Of a stretch of 64,000 nt of DNA, positions 13,280-26,835 are shown one piece after another. The notes under the pieces are model-generated. The model worked only from the letters and a program-made list of their open reading frames with translations, was not told the DNA's origin and ran no database searches. Source of the stretch: Mobula hypostoma (taxonomy: Eukaryota); the NCBI RefSeq assembly GCF_963921235.1, contig NC_086097.1:79796001-79860000 (forward strand), read 5' to 3'. Position numbers and translations under genes: made by a program. Position 1 is the stretch's first letter. Each line of letters starts with the position of its first letter.

Positions 13280-13550
13280 ATTGCTTTAAACTCACTGGGG
13301 TTGTTTCCACATTTACTTTAAACCTACAAGGTTCCCATTTCCCTCACTCCCTTTAACCTCACAGGGATTCAATACCCATGCTCACTATGCTCTGTTCCCA
13401 CACTCCTTTTAAACAAACCATGGCCAAGTTCATGTGTTTTTTTAAAATTCATCAGGGCCTTGTTACCTGCACTCCCTTACATTCCTCATAGCCCCATTCT
13501 CATTAACTTTTGAAACTGACTGGGGCTCTGTTTCCATTTAAACTCACCTG
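13280..13550. repeat. Degenerate tandem minisatellite, unit about 30 bp
   Basis: Recurring units resembling ttcccacactccctttaaactcacaggg or tttaaactcactgggg. Confidence 0.4.
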
Positions 13551-14029
13551 GAAAATGTGTTGTACTGCTACATTTTTAAAAAGTGAACTAAAAGGAGAAA
13601 ATATTCAATAGTGCAGAATACCTGCCAGTCTGCCACCACCAAAGCTAGATTAGTGGAGTTCTATGGTGCCCTGTAACAATCTACTTTAAAAGAACTAAGT
13701 ATAACTGTAGGCAACTATAAAAAATTTAAATAACCAATTTTAAACACCAATAAAGTCTGCATTAAGGATGTTCCTTCTGGTCTGAAGAAAATAGAAACAA
13801 TATACATTCCTGGAATTGGTAAAAAAGTAGTTCAATTACTCTAATGAAATTGATACTGCAGAACACTAGGACAAATAATTGAAAGGCAAAATATGCTCTT
13901 ACTTAACATTAAGTATTTCTTTCAATTGCATGCTGATCAAATCTGGGTTTCATTCCACCAAAAGAAAAGCATATCCAATGTCTCTGCAGTACTTCCAAAC
14001 GTTCCAAATGCAAAGGATATTCAATGTTA

Positions 14030-14955
14030 AAAGTTCAAAGTAAATTTATTATCCATGTATATATACGTCACCATCTACAATCCTGAGATTCTTTTCTTGC
14101 AGGCATTCACAAAGACACACAATAGAATTAATGAAAGACTGCGCACAACAAGATGCATAAACAACATGTATAAAAGACAACAAACTGCAAATACAAAAGA
14201 AGAAAAGAAGTGAATAAGCAATAAATATTGAGAGCATGAGAAGAAGAGTCCTTGGAAGTGAATCCATTGGTTGTGTTTAGTTTGTGGTTGGTGTGAGTGA
14301 AGTTGAGTGAAGTTAACCCCTCTGGTTCAAGAGCCTGACAGGTGAGGGGTAATAACTGTTCCTGAAAATGATGATGTGGGTCCTAAGGCTCCTGTACTTC
14401 CTTCCTGATGGCAGCAGCGAGAAGGGAGCAATGCCTGCATGGTGGGCGTCCTTGATGATTGATGCTGCCTCCCTGAGACAGTGCTCCATGGTGTTTTATC
14501 TATGACAGACTGGATTCTATCTATTATCTTTTGTGGGCTTTTCCATTCAAGGGCATTGGGGTTTCCATACTAGGCCATGATGCAACCAGTCAATATACTC
14601 TCCACCACAGGTCTATAGAAACTTAGCAAAGTTTTAGTTGACATGTCAAATCAATGCAAACATCCAAGAAAGTAAAGGCATCACTGTGCTTCCTTTGTGA
14701 TGGCACTTATGTGTTGGACCCAGGACAGATCCTCTGAGATGTTGACATCAAGGAACTTAAAGTGCTGATCCTCTCCACCTGTGATCCCCAGATGAACACT
14801 GGCTTGTGGACCTCCAGTTTCCTCCTCCTGTGGTCCTTGGTCCTGCTGAGATTGAGTGAGAGGTTGTTGTGTGGCACCACTCATCCAGATTTACAATCTC
14901 TGTTATTATACTGATTCATCACCACCTTTGACTCAGGCGACGACAATGGTGTTAA
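14030..14955 (-). mobile_element. Rex/Babar LINE 3' fragment
   Basis: FKFLDVNISEDLSWVQH..ITKEAQ; reverse-complement tail ttcaaagtaaatttattatc. Confidence 0.8.
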
Positions 14956-14964
14956 TTTACACCC

Positions 14965-17810
14965 ATTCCTTTTTGACATTGCTTAACCGAGTTAATTGCA
15001 TCAATATTCTATCCAACATCTCGTTAGCAAATGTGCAGGCGCTGGAGAACAAAATTGAGGATCTGAGGACAAAGTTGCTGCATTGGAGAGAAATGAGATG
15101 TTGTTGCGTTCTATGTTTGACTGAGACATGGCTTACTCACAGTACACAAGATATAGTAATCAGACCCTAGTGCAGTTTCACAGGATAAACTGAACTGCTG
15201 ATTCAAGAAAGGCAAAAGATGAAGGTGGGTGTTTCATGATAAACTCCAGGTGGTGCTCTGATGTGGCGGTTTTGTTGAACTCTTGTCCCCTGGAACACTT
15301 AATGATTAAATGTTATCTGTTCTATTTACCTAGGGAGTTCTTCTCCATAATCCGGACTGCAGTTTACATACCACCAGCAGCCGACTATAATCCAGTGCTT
15401 TAGATACTACATGATGTGCCATCTCCAAACAAGAAACAGTCCATCCTAATGCATTTCAAATCATAGTCAGGTACTTCAATCAGGCTTGTTTTTAAGAAAT
15501 CCCTGCCCAATTACCATCAGCGTATAGCCTGTGTCATCAGAAGTCCCAAGACACTAGACCACTGTGATACTAAGATAAGGAATGCCTACCGTTCCATGCC
15601 CAGACCACATTTTGGTAAATCAGATCACTTGGTTGTCCTTCTGCTACCTGCATACAGGCAGAAGCTAAAGAGTAAAGCTCCAGAGATTAGGACAACAAAG
15701 AGGTGGTCATGGGAGGCAGAGGAGTAGCAATGGGATTACTTCAAGTCGGTGGACTGGGTTGTGTACAAGGATTCATCTGTGGATCTGAATGAATACATCA
15801 TGGTTGTCACGGACTTTATAAAAGTTTCAGATGAGTGTGTCCCAAGAAAATTATTCAGTTTCTCTCAACCAGAAGCCATGGATGAATCATGAGATCCAGA
15901 ATCTGTTGAGAGACATTCAAGTCTGTTGAACAAGAAAGTTACAAGAGGTCCAGGAAAACTATCTCATGGGCAAAGAGGCAATTCCAGACAAAAGTTTAAT
16001 CAACGAAGGATTCTCGGCAGTTGTGGCTGGGCTTGAATGCCATCACTTCTTATAAAGTAAAACCAGGCAACAATAGGACTTCATTTCCAGGTTAACTTAT
16101 TGTTTTCTGTGGTCGCTTTCACTGGAAAAACATGGAGGAATCATCATTAACTCCCATAGCCCCCAGTGGTTCTGTGATTTCAGTCTGTGAAGCTGACATG
16201 TGAGCTGTCTTCGGAAAGCTGAAAATAGGGTACCCAGACAGAGCAGCTAGCCAAATTCTAAAGACTTGTGCTGATCAACTGGCTGTAGTGTTAACTGAGA
16301 TCTTTAACTTCTTGCTTCGGCATTCTGATATACCCACCTGCTTCAAGCAGATTTCACTTATACCAGTGCCAAAGGCGGCCATGGTAACCTGCCTCAATGA
16401 CTGTTGTCCAGAAGCACTAACATCCATAGTGATGAAGTGTTTTGAGAGGTTGATGATGAAACATATCAACTCCTGCCTGAGAAACAACTTGGATCTGCTG
16501 CAATTTGCCTACTGGCGCAACAGGTCAACAGCAGATTGGCTCTATACTCAACCCTGGATAATCTGGTTAGCAAAGGTGCATACATCTCTTTAACGACTAC
16601 AGCCTGGCATTCAATATTATCATCCAGTGAAGACTAATCAATAAACTTCAAGACCTTGGCTTCTATACCTCCTTGTGTAATTGGACTCTTGATTTCATCA
16701 CTCATATACCCCAGTTTGGATTGGCAACAGCTCCTCCAAAATCTCCATCTGTACAGCTTCACCACAAGGCCATGTGCTTAGCACCCTGCTCTACTCGCTT
16801 TACACTTATGACTGTGTGGCTAAGCTCAGCTCCAATGCTATATTCAAGGTTGCTGATGATGCCACTGTTGTAGCCCAAATCAAACGTGACCAAATCAGCA
16901 TACAAGAGAAATTGAAAATTTGGCTAATTGTTGCCACAACAATCTCTGATCAATGTCAACAAGACCAAGGAACTAATTATTGACTTCAGGAGAAGGAAAC
17001 CAGAGGTCCATGAGCCAGTCCTCATCAGAGGATCTGACATGGAGAGGGTCAGCAACTTTAAATTCCTCATGTTATCATTTCAGTGGACCTTTAGTGGGCA
17101 TAGCACTTAAGTGCAATTATGAAGAAAGCACGGCAGCACCTCTACTTCAGCATGGCATCTAAAACTCTGCCAAACTTCCACAGATGTGTGGTGCAGAGTA
17201 TATTGTCTGGCTGCAAAAGAAGCCTGATATGCAAACACCAATCCCTTTTAATGAAAAATCCTATAAAAGTAGTAAATACAGTCAACTCCATCATGTGTAA
17301 ATAACCTCCCCACCATTGAGCACACCTATACATATCTTTTTTGCAGGACAGCAGCTACAACTATCAGGGACCCCCACCCCCAACCAAGTCATGCTCTCTT
17401 CTCGCTCCTGCCATCATGAAGAAGGTTTAAAAGCCTTAAGACTGACACCACTCAGTTCAGGAACAGTTATTGCCCTTCAGGCATCAGGCTCTTGAACCAA
17501 AGGGGATAATTTCACAAACCCCATCATTGAAATATTCCCACACCCTATTGACTCACTTTCAAGGACTCTTCATCTCATGTTCTCCATATGTATTCCTTAT
17601 TTATTTATAATCATTATTTTTTTCCTTTTGTATTTCCACATGTTGTCTTTTGCACACTGGATGAACACCCACATTGCTGCAGTCTTTCATTTTTTCTATT
17701 ATGGTTATTATCCTATTATGGACTGATAGAGTATGCCCACAAAATGAATCTCAGGGTTATATATGGTGATATATATGTGCTTTCACAATAAATTTACTTT
17801 GAACTTTGAA
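14965..17810 (+). mobile_element. Rex/Babar LINE covering nearly the full ORF span, heavily decayed
   Basis: LANVQALENKIEDL..CLTETWL (APE start), TAVYIPP, PTCFKQ..IVMKCFERL, LLYSLYTYDC..KVADD and NKTKELIIDFRR; tail aataaatttactttgaactttgaa. Confidence 0.85.
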
Positions 17811-18059
17811 TATTCCAAGATATTCATTCATTTCCAGTGCTACCAATGGAAGTTGGTATCTCTTCAAATATGAGTATGCGAACAAAAATTGCCATAACAG
17901 ATTCAGAGCTTTTGAAATGCACAATCAAGAACTGTGATAATGTGCATAAACTGCCAACTTTTTCTGAAAACTGAGATAAAATATGTCATTATCTATACCA
18001 CGTGCACTTAAGTAATTCATCAGTTTTCTGTTAGAGTCATTCAAGAGAGAAGAACATTG

Positions 18060-18600
18060 TGTAGCTGGCTCATTATGTCCATTTCAGTACACCGCATATT
18101 GGGAAGGATGGCAAGACTTTCTTAAAGAGGAAGTAGAGGTGATCTATTAATACTGAAGAGTCAGTTATATGGAGAGGGCAAATTTGGACTTGTTCATCTT
18201 ATAGCAATAACGGCAAAGAGAAGAGTTAATGTAGAGGAGCAAAATTAAGAGGAGATTTGACACACTTATGGAAACTATCTTCAATAACAGCTGTGTCAGT
18301 AACCAGAGGAAGAGATTTAAAATAAGTGACATTGGAAAAGAGTGATCTGCTGATGAAGTGGTAGAAATGGTTCAATAGTTCAATTTAATATCAGCGAATG
18401 TACACAGTATACTACCTGAAATCTTTACTCTTTTCAGGCATCCATGAAATAGAGAAAAAAAAACAAAAATATCAAGTATAATTTTCAAAAAGTGTATTCA
18501 CTAAATAATTTAAAGACAAACATTGATAGGACAGTGGAAGAAAAATAAGCATATTTTTGGCCATAATTTGATGGACTGCCTTCCATGCTTTAAAACTTAA
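18060..18600 (+). mobile_element. Very old CR1 3' relic
   Basis: Residual similarity to the CR1 C-terminus (ggaaggatg..gacttt, ggacttgttcatctt..gagaagagttaat). Confidence 0.4.
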
Positions 18601-18994
18601 TGAACATCTCATCCATCAACATTCACTTTTGCAGTTAATTTTGAACTGTCGTTTAAACCAAATTAAGTATTCTTCAAGTTGTCAAAAGTATAAAGATATT
18701 TTTTGAAAATCTGCATGGAATATTTAATTTCTGGTCAACAACAAAGATGAGTAATTAACAATCTAGTTGCCATTGACCATGTTAACTTTTGAAAAATAGA
18801 GCATACGATACACTCAATTAATCCTGCTTGTGCACCATTAAGGGCTGAGTGATTTTATTAGTTTGGAGTTGAAGATGTATATACTTCAAAACTCTGGATC
18901 CTAAGTATGTATAAGCCAGTCCAGAATTCAGGTGATAGAAGTCTCATAGCGCTGTTAAACAAGAATTGAGAAGTGAGTAAATCTAGCCACTTAC

Positions 18995-19052
18995 CTTGAT
19001 TTCATCAACCTCATCAGGTACTATCTTGTATGCAGATACTGTTCCTCCCAAC
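18995..19052 (-). CDS. GPHN: Gephyrin G-domain (MogA-like) internal coding exon, 58 nt, equivalent to vertebrate exon 3
   Basis: Minus strand reads cttttcttttgtag|G TTG GGA GGA ACA GTA TCT GCA TAC AAG ATA GTA CCT GAT GAG GTT GAT GAA ATC AAG|gtaagt, giving LGGTVSAYKIVPDEVDEIK. This matches mammalian gephyrin LGGTISAYKIVPDEIEEIK as recalled. Splice sites are consensus. Confidence 0.95.
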
Positions 19053-19108
19053 CTACAAAAGAAAAGTATAGATCTTTCAGTACATTTTGTTTTTGACCCT
19101 TCACATTA

Positions 19109-19611
19109 CAGGTATCCCCTGCTATCCGAAAGTAGAGCGTGCCTATGAAACCGAAGAAGCAACTACATTAATTTATATTTGATAAAATTTTTTGAGCGTT
19201 CCCAGACCCAAAAAGATAACCTACCAAATCATACCAAATAGCACACAAAACCTAAAATAACGCTAACATATAGTAAAAGCAAGAATGATATGATAAATAC
19301 ACAGCCTATATAAAGTAGAAATTATGTATGTACAATGTAGTTTTACTTATCAGAATCGGGAAGATTTAGCCAAAACTGATTTGTAGAAAAAAATTTGCAC
19401 GTACACGCATGCGTGCACACCTGCCTGCGCAAGGCTTCACTGTCATGGTAGTCTTTCTCGGGGTAAACACAAGTTTAAAACGGGCGCCTTTTTTTGAAAA
19501 AACAAAAATCCTCTTCGGAATTCTTTTGGTTAGCGAAAACAGGTACTAATGTAGGTCTTTCATAAAAATGAAGTGTCGTAAACTGAACTTTCGTAAAGCG
19601 GGGGACACCTG
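19109..19611. mobile_element. Tigger/pogo-type MITE, 503 bp, TA target-site duplication
   Basis: ta|CAGGTATCCCCTGCTATCCGAAAGT...ACTTTCGTAAAGCGGGGGACACCTG|ta imperfect TIRs; no coding capacity seen. Confidence 0.8.
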
Positions 19612-19639
19612 TATAGATAATTTCTGCTAAGTATCGAAT

Positions 19640-20440
19640 TTGTGCCATGCCAACCTTTTTGGCTCATCTACACAAATCCCACTTTTGGGATCATTGGATA
19701 CATTACCCTTCCATACCTTGCCTGGTTAAGTGTCTGGAGTTGTCATACCAGATGTCAGCCACACTTTGTGTAAAAGACTTACCCCTCCGTTATAAAACTC
19801 TTTCCTCTCACCTTAAACCTAAGTCTTCTTGCTTTTGATACCTCTCCATTAGGAAAAAGATTTAATGCCTTTGTAATCTTATACATCTCTATCAAGCCAC
19901 CCCTCAGACTTCTTAGCTTCAGGATAAACAGGCACAGCCTATCCAATGTCTCCACATAACTAAAGTCTTCTAATCCAGGCAACTTCTGGGTGAATCTCCT
20001 TTGCACTTGCTCCATCATAATCTTCTGACTGTGTTGCACACTATTCCAAGAGTGGACCAACTTGTGTTTAATAAAGTTGTAACATAATGTCCTATCTTTT
20101 GTATTCTTTACACAGCATATGAAGGGAAGCATGCTTTGCTACTGCCAATCTGTGTTGCTGCTATAGTTCAGGACCTTATGTGTCTCCATTCATCAATATT
20201 ACTTAGCGCCTTATTATTAACCATGTATGTCCTATCTTATTTGACTTCTCAAAATGCCTCATTTCACACTTTATGGGATTAAAATCCATCTTCCTATACT
20301 CCATCCAATTTTCTATCTGATTCCTATCTTGCTGTAGCTTTAGCTAATTTTCGTTGCTATCCACCAATTTTTATGTCATCCACATACTTACCAAACATAT
20401 CCTTTGTTGACAAACATGTCACTAATATAAATAAAGTGAA
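19640..20440 (-). mobile_element. Old CR1 3' relic
   Basis: EQVQRRFTQKLPGLEDFSY..RGGLIEMYKI. Confidence 0.75.
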
Positions 20441-20969
20441 GTACTTTCAGGATGCTGGATCAAAATAAATGTAGCTAATTTTCAAACAATCTTTATACAT
20501 CATGGGCCTTCATTTCCTCTTCCAGTTCACTTGAGACATGTACATAGATTGACTGTTGAATTAATGATGCTGGCATGAATGGTGACCAATACAGTGATGT
20601 AGTAACAGGCTGAAATTTGATTAAATTGGATAAAAATTCACAGATGAACCCCTGCTTATCATAAGAATGCAGATTCAGTCATAATTTTACCAATATGTTC
20701 AAGAATAGCATGTAATTTTCTAACGGTAAGTGAGATAAAAATATGAGAGATTGATGAGGAGGTACAAGAAGATCTATTTACCAGGGGGTAAACCAGACAA
20801 GAGTGCAAGATCAAAAGAGGAAAAAAGCAAAAGGCTGGACTTTGTCCATTGAGAAAGTTGACATTTCAGCTTTCTTTCTCTCTTCATAAGTATTAAATCT
20901 TGAGCATTTTCCATTCATCTTTCAGATGTCCACTGTCTGAATTTTTTGTTTTACATTGCTCATATATTT

Positions 20970-23900
20970 TAGAACATAGAAAATAGAAAACCTACAGCAC
21001 ATTACAGGCCCTTCGGCCCACAAAGCTGTGCCGAACATGTCCTTACCTTAGAACTACCTAGGCTTACCCATAGCCCTCTATTTTTCTAAGCTCCATGTAG
21101 CCATCCAGGAGTCTCTTAAAAGACCCTATAGTTTCCACCTCCACCACCGCTGCCAGCAGCCCATTCCACACACTCACCACTCTCTGCATAAAAAACGTAC
21201 CTCTGACATCTCCTCTGTACCTACTTCCAAGCACCTTAAAACTATGCCCTCTCATGCAAGCCATTTCAGCCGTGGGAAAAAGCCTCTGACTATCCACACA
21301 ATCAATGCCTCGCATTATCTTGTACACCTCTATCAGGTCACCTCTCATCCTCCATCACTCCAAGAGGAAAAGGCCGAGTTCACTCAACCTACTCTTATAA
21401 GGCATGCTCCCCAATCGAGGTAACATCCTTGTAAATCTCTTCTGCACCCTTTCTATGGTTTCTACATCCTTCCTGTAGTGAGGCTACCAGAATTGAGCAC
21501 AGTACTCCAAGTGGGGTCTGACCAGGGTCCTATATAGTTGCAACATTACCTCTCAGCTCTTAAACTCAATCCCACGGTTGATGAAGGCCAATGCACCATG
21601 CACTTTCTTAACCACAGAGTCAACCTGCGTAGCAGCTTTGAGTGTCCTATGGACTTGGACCCCAAGATCCCTCTGATCCTCCACACTGCCAAGAGTCTTA
21701 CCATTAATGCTATATTCTGCCATCATATTTGACCTACCAAAATAAATCACCTCACATTTATCTGGGTTGAACTCCATCTGCCACTTCTCAGCCCAGTTTT
21801 GCATCCTATAAATGTCCCACTGTAAGTTCTGACAGCCCTCCACACTATCTACAACACCCCCAACCTCTGTGTCATCAGCAAATTTACTAACCCATCCCTC
21901 CACTTCCTCATCCAGGTCATTTATACAAATCATGAAGAGCAGGGGGTCCCAGAACAGATCCCTGAGGCACACCACTGGTCACCGACCTCCATGCAGAATA
22001 TGACCCATCTACAACCACTCTTTGCCTTCTGTGGGCAAGCCAGTTCTGGATCCACAAAGCGAGATCTCCTTGGATCCCATGCCTCCTTACTTTCTCAATA
22101 AGCCTTGCATGGGGTACCTTATCAAATGCCTTGCTGAAATCCATATACACTACATCTACGGCTCTACCTTCATCAATCTGTTTAGTCACATCCTCACAAA
22201 ATTCAATCACGCTTGTAAGGCACCACCTGCCTTTGACAAAACCATGCTGACTATCCCTAATCATATTATGCCTCTCCAAATGTTCATAAATCCTGCCTCT
22301 CAGGATCTTTTCCATCAACTTACCAACCACTGAAGAAAGACTTGCTGGCCTATAATTTCCTGGGCTATCTCTACTCCCTTTCTTGAATAATGAAACAACA
22401 TCTGCAACCCTCCAATCCTCTGGAACATCTCCCGTTCCTATTGATGACGCAAAGATCATCGCCAGAGGCTCAGCAATCTCCTCCCTCACTTACTACCGTG
22501 GTCCCGGTGACTTATACAACTTGATGCTTTCCAAAAGCTCCAGCACATCCTCTTCCTTAATATCTCCACGCTCAAACTTTTCAGTCCACTGCAAGTCATC
22601 CCTACAAGATTCTTTTCCGTAGTGAATACTGAAGGAAAGCATTCATTAAGTACCTCTGCTATCTCCTCCGATTCCATACACACTTTTCCACTGTCACACT
22701 TGATTGGTCCTATTCTCTCACATCTTATCCTCTTGCTCTTCACATACTTGTAGAATGCCTTGGGCTTTTCCTTAATCCTCTCCGCCAAGGCCTTCTCATG
22801 CTCCTTCCTGCTAGCCTTATAATCTTCTAGATCGCTATCATTATCTAGTTTTTTGAACTTTTTGTAAGGTCTTCTTTTCTTCTTGACTAGATTTATGACA
22901 GCCTCTATACACCATGGTTCCTGTACCCTACCATCTTTTCCCTGTCTCACTGGAACGTACCTATGCAGAACCCCACGCAAATATCCCCTGAACATTTGCC
23001 ACATTTCTTCCGTATGTTTTCTTGAGAACGTTTCCAATTCATGCTTCCAAGTTCCTGCCTGATAGCCTCATATTTCCTCTTACTTCAATTAAATGTTTCC
23101 CTAACTTGTCTGTTCCTATTCCTCTCCAATGCTATGGTAAAGGAGATAGAAGTGTGATCACTATCTCCAAAATGCTCTCCCACAGACAGACCTGACACCT
23201 GACCAGGTTCATGTCCCAATACCAGATCACGTACAGCTTCTCCTCTTGATGGCTTATCTACATATTGTGTCATGAAACCTTCTTGAACACACCTAACAAA
23301 CTCCACCCCATCTAAACCCCTCACTCTATGGAGATGCCAATCAATATTTGGGAAATTAAAATCTCCCACCACAACAACCCTGTTATTATTACTCCTTCCC
23401 AGAATATGTCTCCCTATCTGCTCCTCGATGTCCCTATTACTATTGGGTGGTCTATAAAAAACACCCAGTAGATTTATTGACCCCTTCCTATTCCTAACTA
23501 CCACCCACAGAGACTCCGTAGACAACCCTTCCATGACTTCTGCCTTTTCTGCAGCTGTGACACTACCCTGATCAACAGTGCCATGCCCCCGCCTCTTTTG
23601 CCTCCCTCCCTGTCCTTTCTGAAACATTTAAAGCCTGGCACTCGAAGTAACCATTCCTGCCCCTGCACTATCCAAGTCTCCCTAATGGCCACATCATAGC
23701 TCCAAGTGCTGATCCACGCTCTAAGCTCATCGGCTTTATTCATAATACTCCTCGCATTAAAATAGACACATCTCAAACCATCGGTCTGAGCATGTCCCTA
23801 CTCTATCACCTGCCTATCCTCCCTCGCGCACTGTCTCCAAGCTTTCTCTATTTATGAGCCAACCACCTCTTCCATCGTCTCTTCAGTTTGGTTCCCACCC

Positions 23901-24530
23901 CCCAGAAATCCTAGTTTAAACTCTCCCCAATAGCCTTAGTAAACCTCCCTGCCAGGATATTGGTCTCCCTAGGATTCAAGTGCAACCCATCCTTTTCGTA
24001 CAGGTCACTCCTGCCCCAAAAGAGGTTCCAATGATCCAGAAATCTGAATCCCTGCCCCCTGCTCCAATCCCTCAGCCACCCATTTATCCTCCATCTCACT
24101 CGATTCCTATACTCACTGTCACGTGGCACAGGCAGTAATCCCGAGATTACTACCTTTGAGGTCCTGCTTCTCAACTTCCTTCCTAACTCCCTATAGTCTG
24201 TTTTCAGTACCTCCTCCCTTTTCCTACCTATGTCGTTGGTACCAATATGGACCACGACCTCTGGCTGTTCTCCATCCAACTTCAAGATATCATGGACGCG
24301 ATCAGAAACATCCCAGACCCTGGCACCTGGGAAGCAAATTAGCATCTGCGTTTCTTTCCTGCGTCCACAGAGGCCCCTATCACTGCTGACATCCTCTTCC
24401 TTTCCCTACTCTTCTGAGCCACAGGGCCAGAACTCTGTGCCAGAGGCACGACTACTGTTGCTTCTCCCAGGTAGGCCGTCTCCCCCAGCAGTACTCAAAG
24501 TACTTACTGTTAAGAGGGACAGCCGCAGGG
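20970..24530 (-). mobile_element. CR1 LINE with SGNH-esterase ORF1 C-terminus and disrupted APE-RT ORF2
   Basis: CFPGARV..VVVHIGTNDIG..DGLHLN (23911-24345); YFNARSIMNK, GVFYRPP, GDFNFP, SDH, DFSKAFDKVPH, FADD; tail seen as agaacatagaaaatagaa on +. Confidence 0.95.
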
Positions 24531-24669
24531 ATAATTTTTTGAAATTAAAGGAAATCTTACAATTTGTATTGTGCTAAAGAGGCCCTTCTGCCACAGTACA
24601 ACGTGACTCTGAATCACTGATAAAATTGGAGTATCAAAATTTTCCAATGGAAATGTTTATAAAACTATA

Positions 24670-26224
24670 CAGTGCCTATAAAAAGTATTCACCCCCTTGA
24701 AAGTTTTCAAGTTTTATTGTTTCACCCCACTGAATCATAGTAATATGCCTTTTTTTGACACTGATCAACAGAAAAAGCCTCTTTTTGTCAAAGTGGAAAC
24801 AGATCTCTACAATATGATCTAATTACAAATATAAAATGCAAAATAACTGATTGCATAAGTATTCACACCCCTTTAATATGACACACCAAATCATCACTGG
24901 TGCAGACAATTGGTTTTAGAAGTCACAATATTAGTTAAATGGAGATCACCTGTGGGCAGTCAAGGTGTTTCAATTGATTGTAGTGAAAATACACCCATAT
25001 GTGGAAGGTCCAATGACTGGTGAATCAGTATCCCGGCAAAACTACACAACGAAGACAAAAAGAACACTCCAAGCAACTCCAAAGTTATTGAAAAGCACAA
25101 GTCGGGAGATGGATACAAGAACATTTCTAAGTCACTGAATATCCTTTGGAGTACAGTTATTTCAACCATGAAGAAATGGAAAGAATATGGCACAGCAGTA
25201 GATCCACCAGGCTGTCCTCAAAAACTGAGTGACCATGTAAGAGATCTTTGACAACTCTGGAGGAGTTAAAAGCCTCGGTGGCTGAGATGGGAGAGATTGT
25301 GCATACAACAGCTATTGCCTGGGTGCTTCACCAGTCACAGCTTTATGGGAGAGTGGTAAAGAGAAAGCCACTGTTTAAAAAAAAAACTCACATGAAATTT
25401 CAGGTAGAGTTTGCCAGAAAGCATATGGAAGACTCTGAAGTCAACTGGAAGAAGGTTCTATGGCATGATAAAATTGAAATTGAGCTTTTTGGCCATTAGA
25501 CTAAATGCTTGGCATAAGCCAAACACTGCACATCATCAAAAACACACCATCCCTACCATGAAGCATGCTGGTGGCTGCATCATGCTGTGGGGATACTTTG
25601 CTGCAGCAGGCCCTGGAAGGCTTGTGAAGGTGGAGGGTAAAATGAATGCAGCATAATATGGGGAAATCCTGGAGGAAAACCTGATGCAGTCAACAAGAGA
25701 ACTCTGACTTGGGAGAAAATTTGTTTTCCAGCAAGGCAATGACCCCAGGCATAAAGCCAAAGCTACACAGGAATGGCTTAAAAACTACAATGTCCTGGAG
25801 AGGCCAAGTCTGAGTCCAGACCTCAATCCAATTGGGAATTTTTGGCTGGACTTGAAAAGGGCTGTTCACTCTTGATTCCCATGCAATTTGACAGAGCTTG
25901 AGCAGTTTTGTAAAGAAGAATGGGGAAAAATTGCAGTATCCAGATGTGCAAAGCTGATAGAGAACCATCCACACAGACTCAAGACTGTAATTGCTCCAAA
26001 GGGGGTGAGTAATTATGCAATCTATTATTTTGTGTTTAATAATTCTAATACATTTAAACCAATTTGTAGAAATTTGTTTTCACTTTGACATGAAGGATTC
26101 TTTTCTGTTGATCAGTGTCAGAAAAGCCAAATTAAATCCACTGTGATTCAATCTTGTGAAACAATAAAACATGATAACTTCTGGTGGGGTGGGGGTGGGG
26201 AGTGAATATTTTTTATAGGTACTG
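24670..26224 (+). mobile_element. Tc1-family (IR/DR-type) DNA transposon, both ends present, decayed transposase
   Basis: ta|CAGTGCCTATAAAAAGTATTCAC...GTGAATATTTTTTATAGGTACTG|ta; TIRs of about 200 bp with an inner repeat (aagtattcac); transposase remnants [50 protein letters not shown] and ELEQFCKEEW. Confidence 0.92.
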
Positions 26225-26434
26225 TATATCAGCTAGTTGAATCACAGTCCAGGTGAATGGTCTAGACTAGAAAAGATGACTGTCCCATTTCCCTCCAGAT
26301 ATGCCACCTGACCCACTGAGTTCCTCTAATATTTTAGTGGTTCTGGATTACGACATTGGCAGTGTCTCTCTGTTGAGCAACACTGTTACACAGAAACAGT
26401 AAAAAAAAATTTTTTAAAAATCAACTGATTAGCA

Positions 26435-26833
26435 CTCAAAAAAGCAAAAATTGTAGATGCTGGAAATTTAAAATGAAAACAGAAAAGTACTGGAAATATG
26501 CAGGACAGGTGACAGCTGTGGAGAAAGGAAATTAAAGTTTCAGGTCTGTGACCTTGCATTAGAACTGGGAAAAGTTTAAAAATCAAAGAAATTGTAACTT
26601 GCAGAGAAGAAGGAAGATGACGAGAACAAGGGGGATGTCTGTGCAAAGATGGAGAATGAATGGCACACATAATAGTGGCACTGGCTGCAAGAGGGTAATG
26701 AAAACTGTTAACCTTTCATTAATATTAGCCAGCTTTGATACAAGCTAAAAAGGATAGTCCTCTGAAGTTTTTGAATTCTGTGCCAATTCCTCATAGCTGT
26801 AAAGTCTGAAGATGATTTGGTGTTTCTTGAGCT
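26435..26833 (-). mobile_element. Old Penelope-like pseudo-LTR/3' relic interrupted by the Tc1 derivative; continues from 28664
   Basis: tgtagatgctggaaat..gtttcaggtctgtgaccttgcattagaactgg resembles the 33360-33480 pseudo-LTR; tgtttcttgagctt|..|gttcggcctcattggaac resembles the GIY-YIG C-terminus. Confidence 0.5.
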
Positions 26834-26835
26834 TA

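Noticed and set aside
13280..13550. CRISPR-like repeat-spacer array
   Set aside because: Units are degenerate and tandem without unique spacers; the context is eukaryotic with no cas genes.
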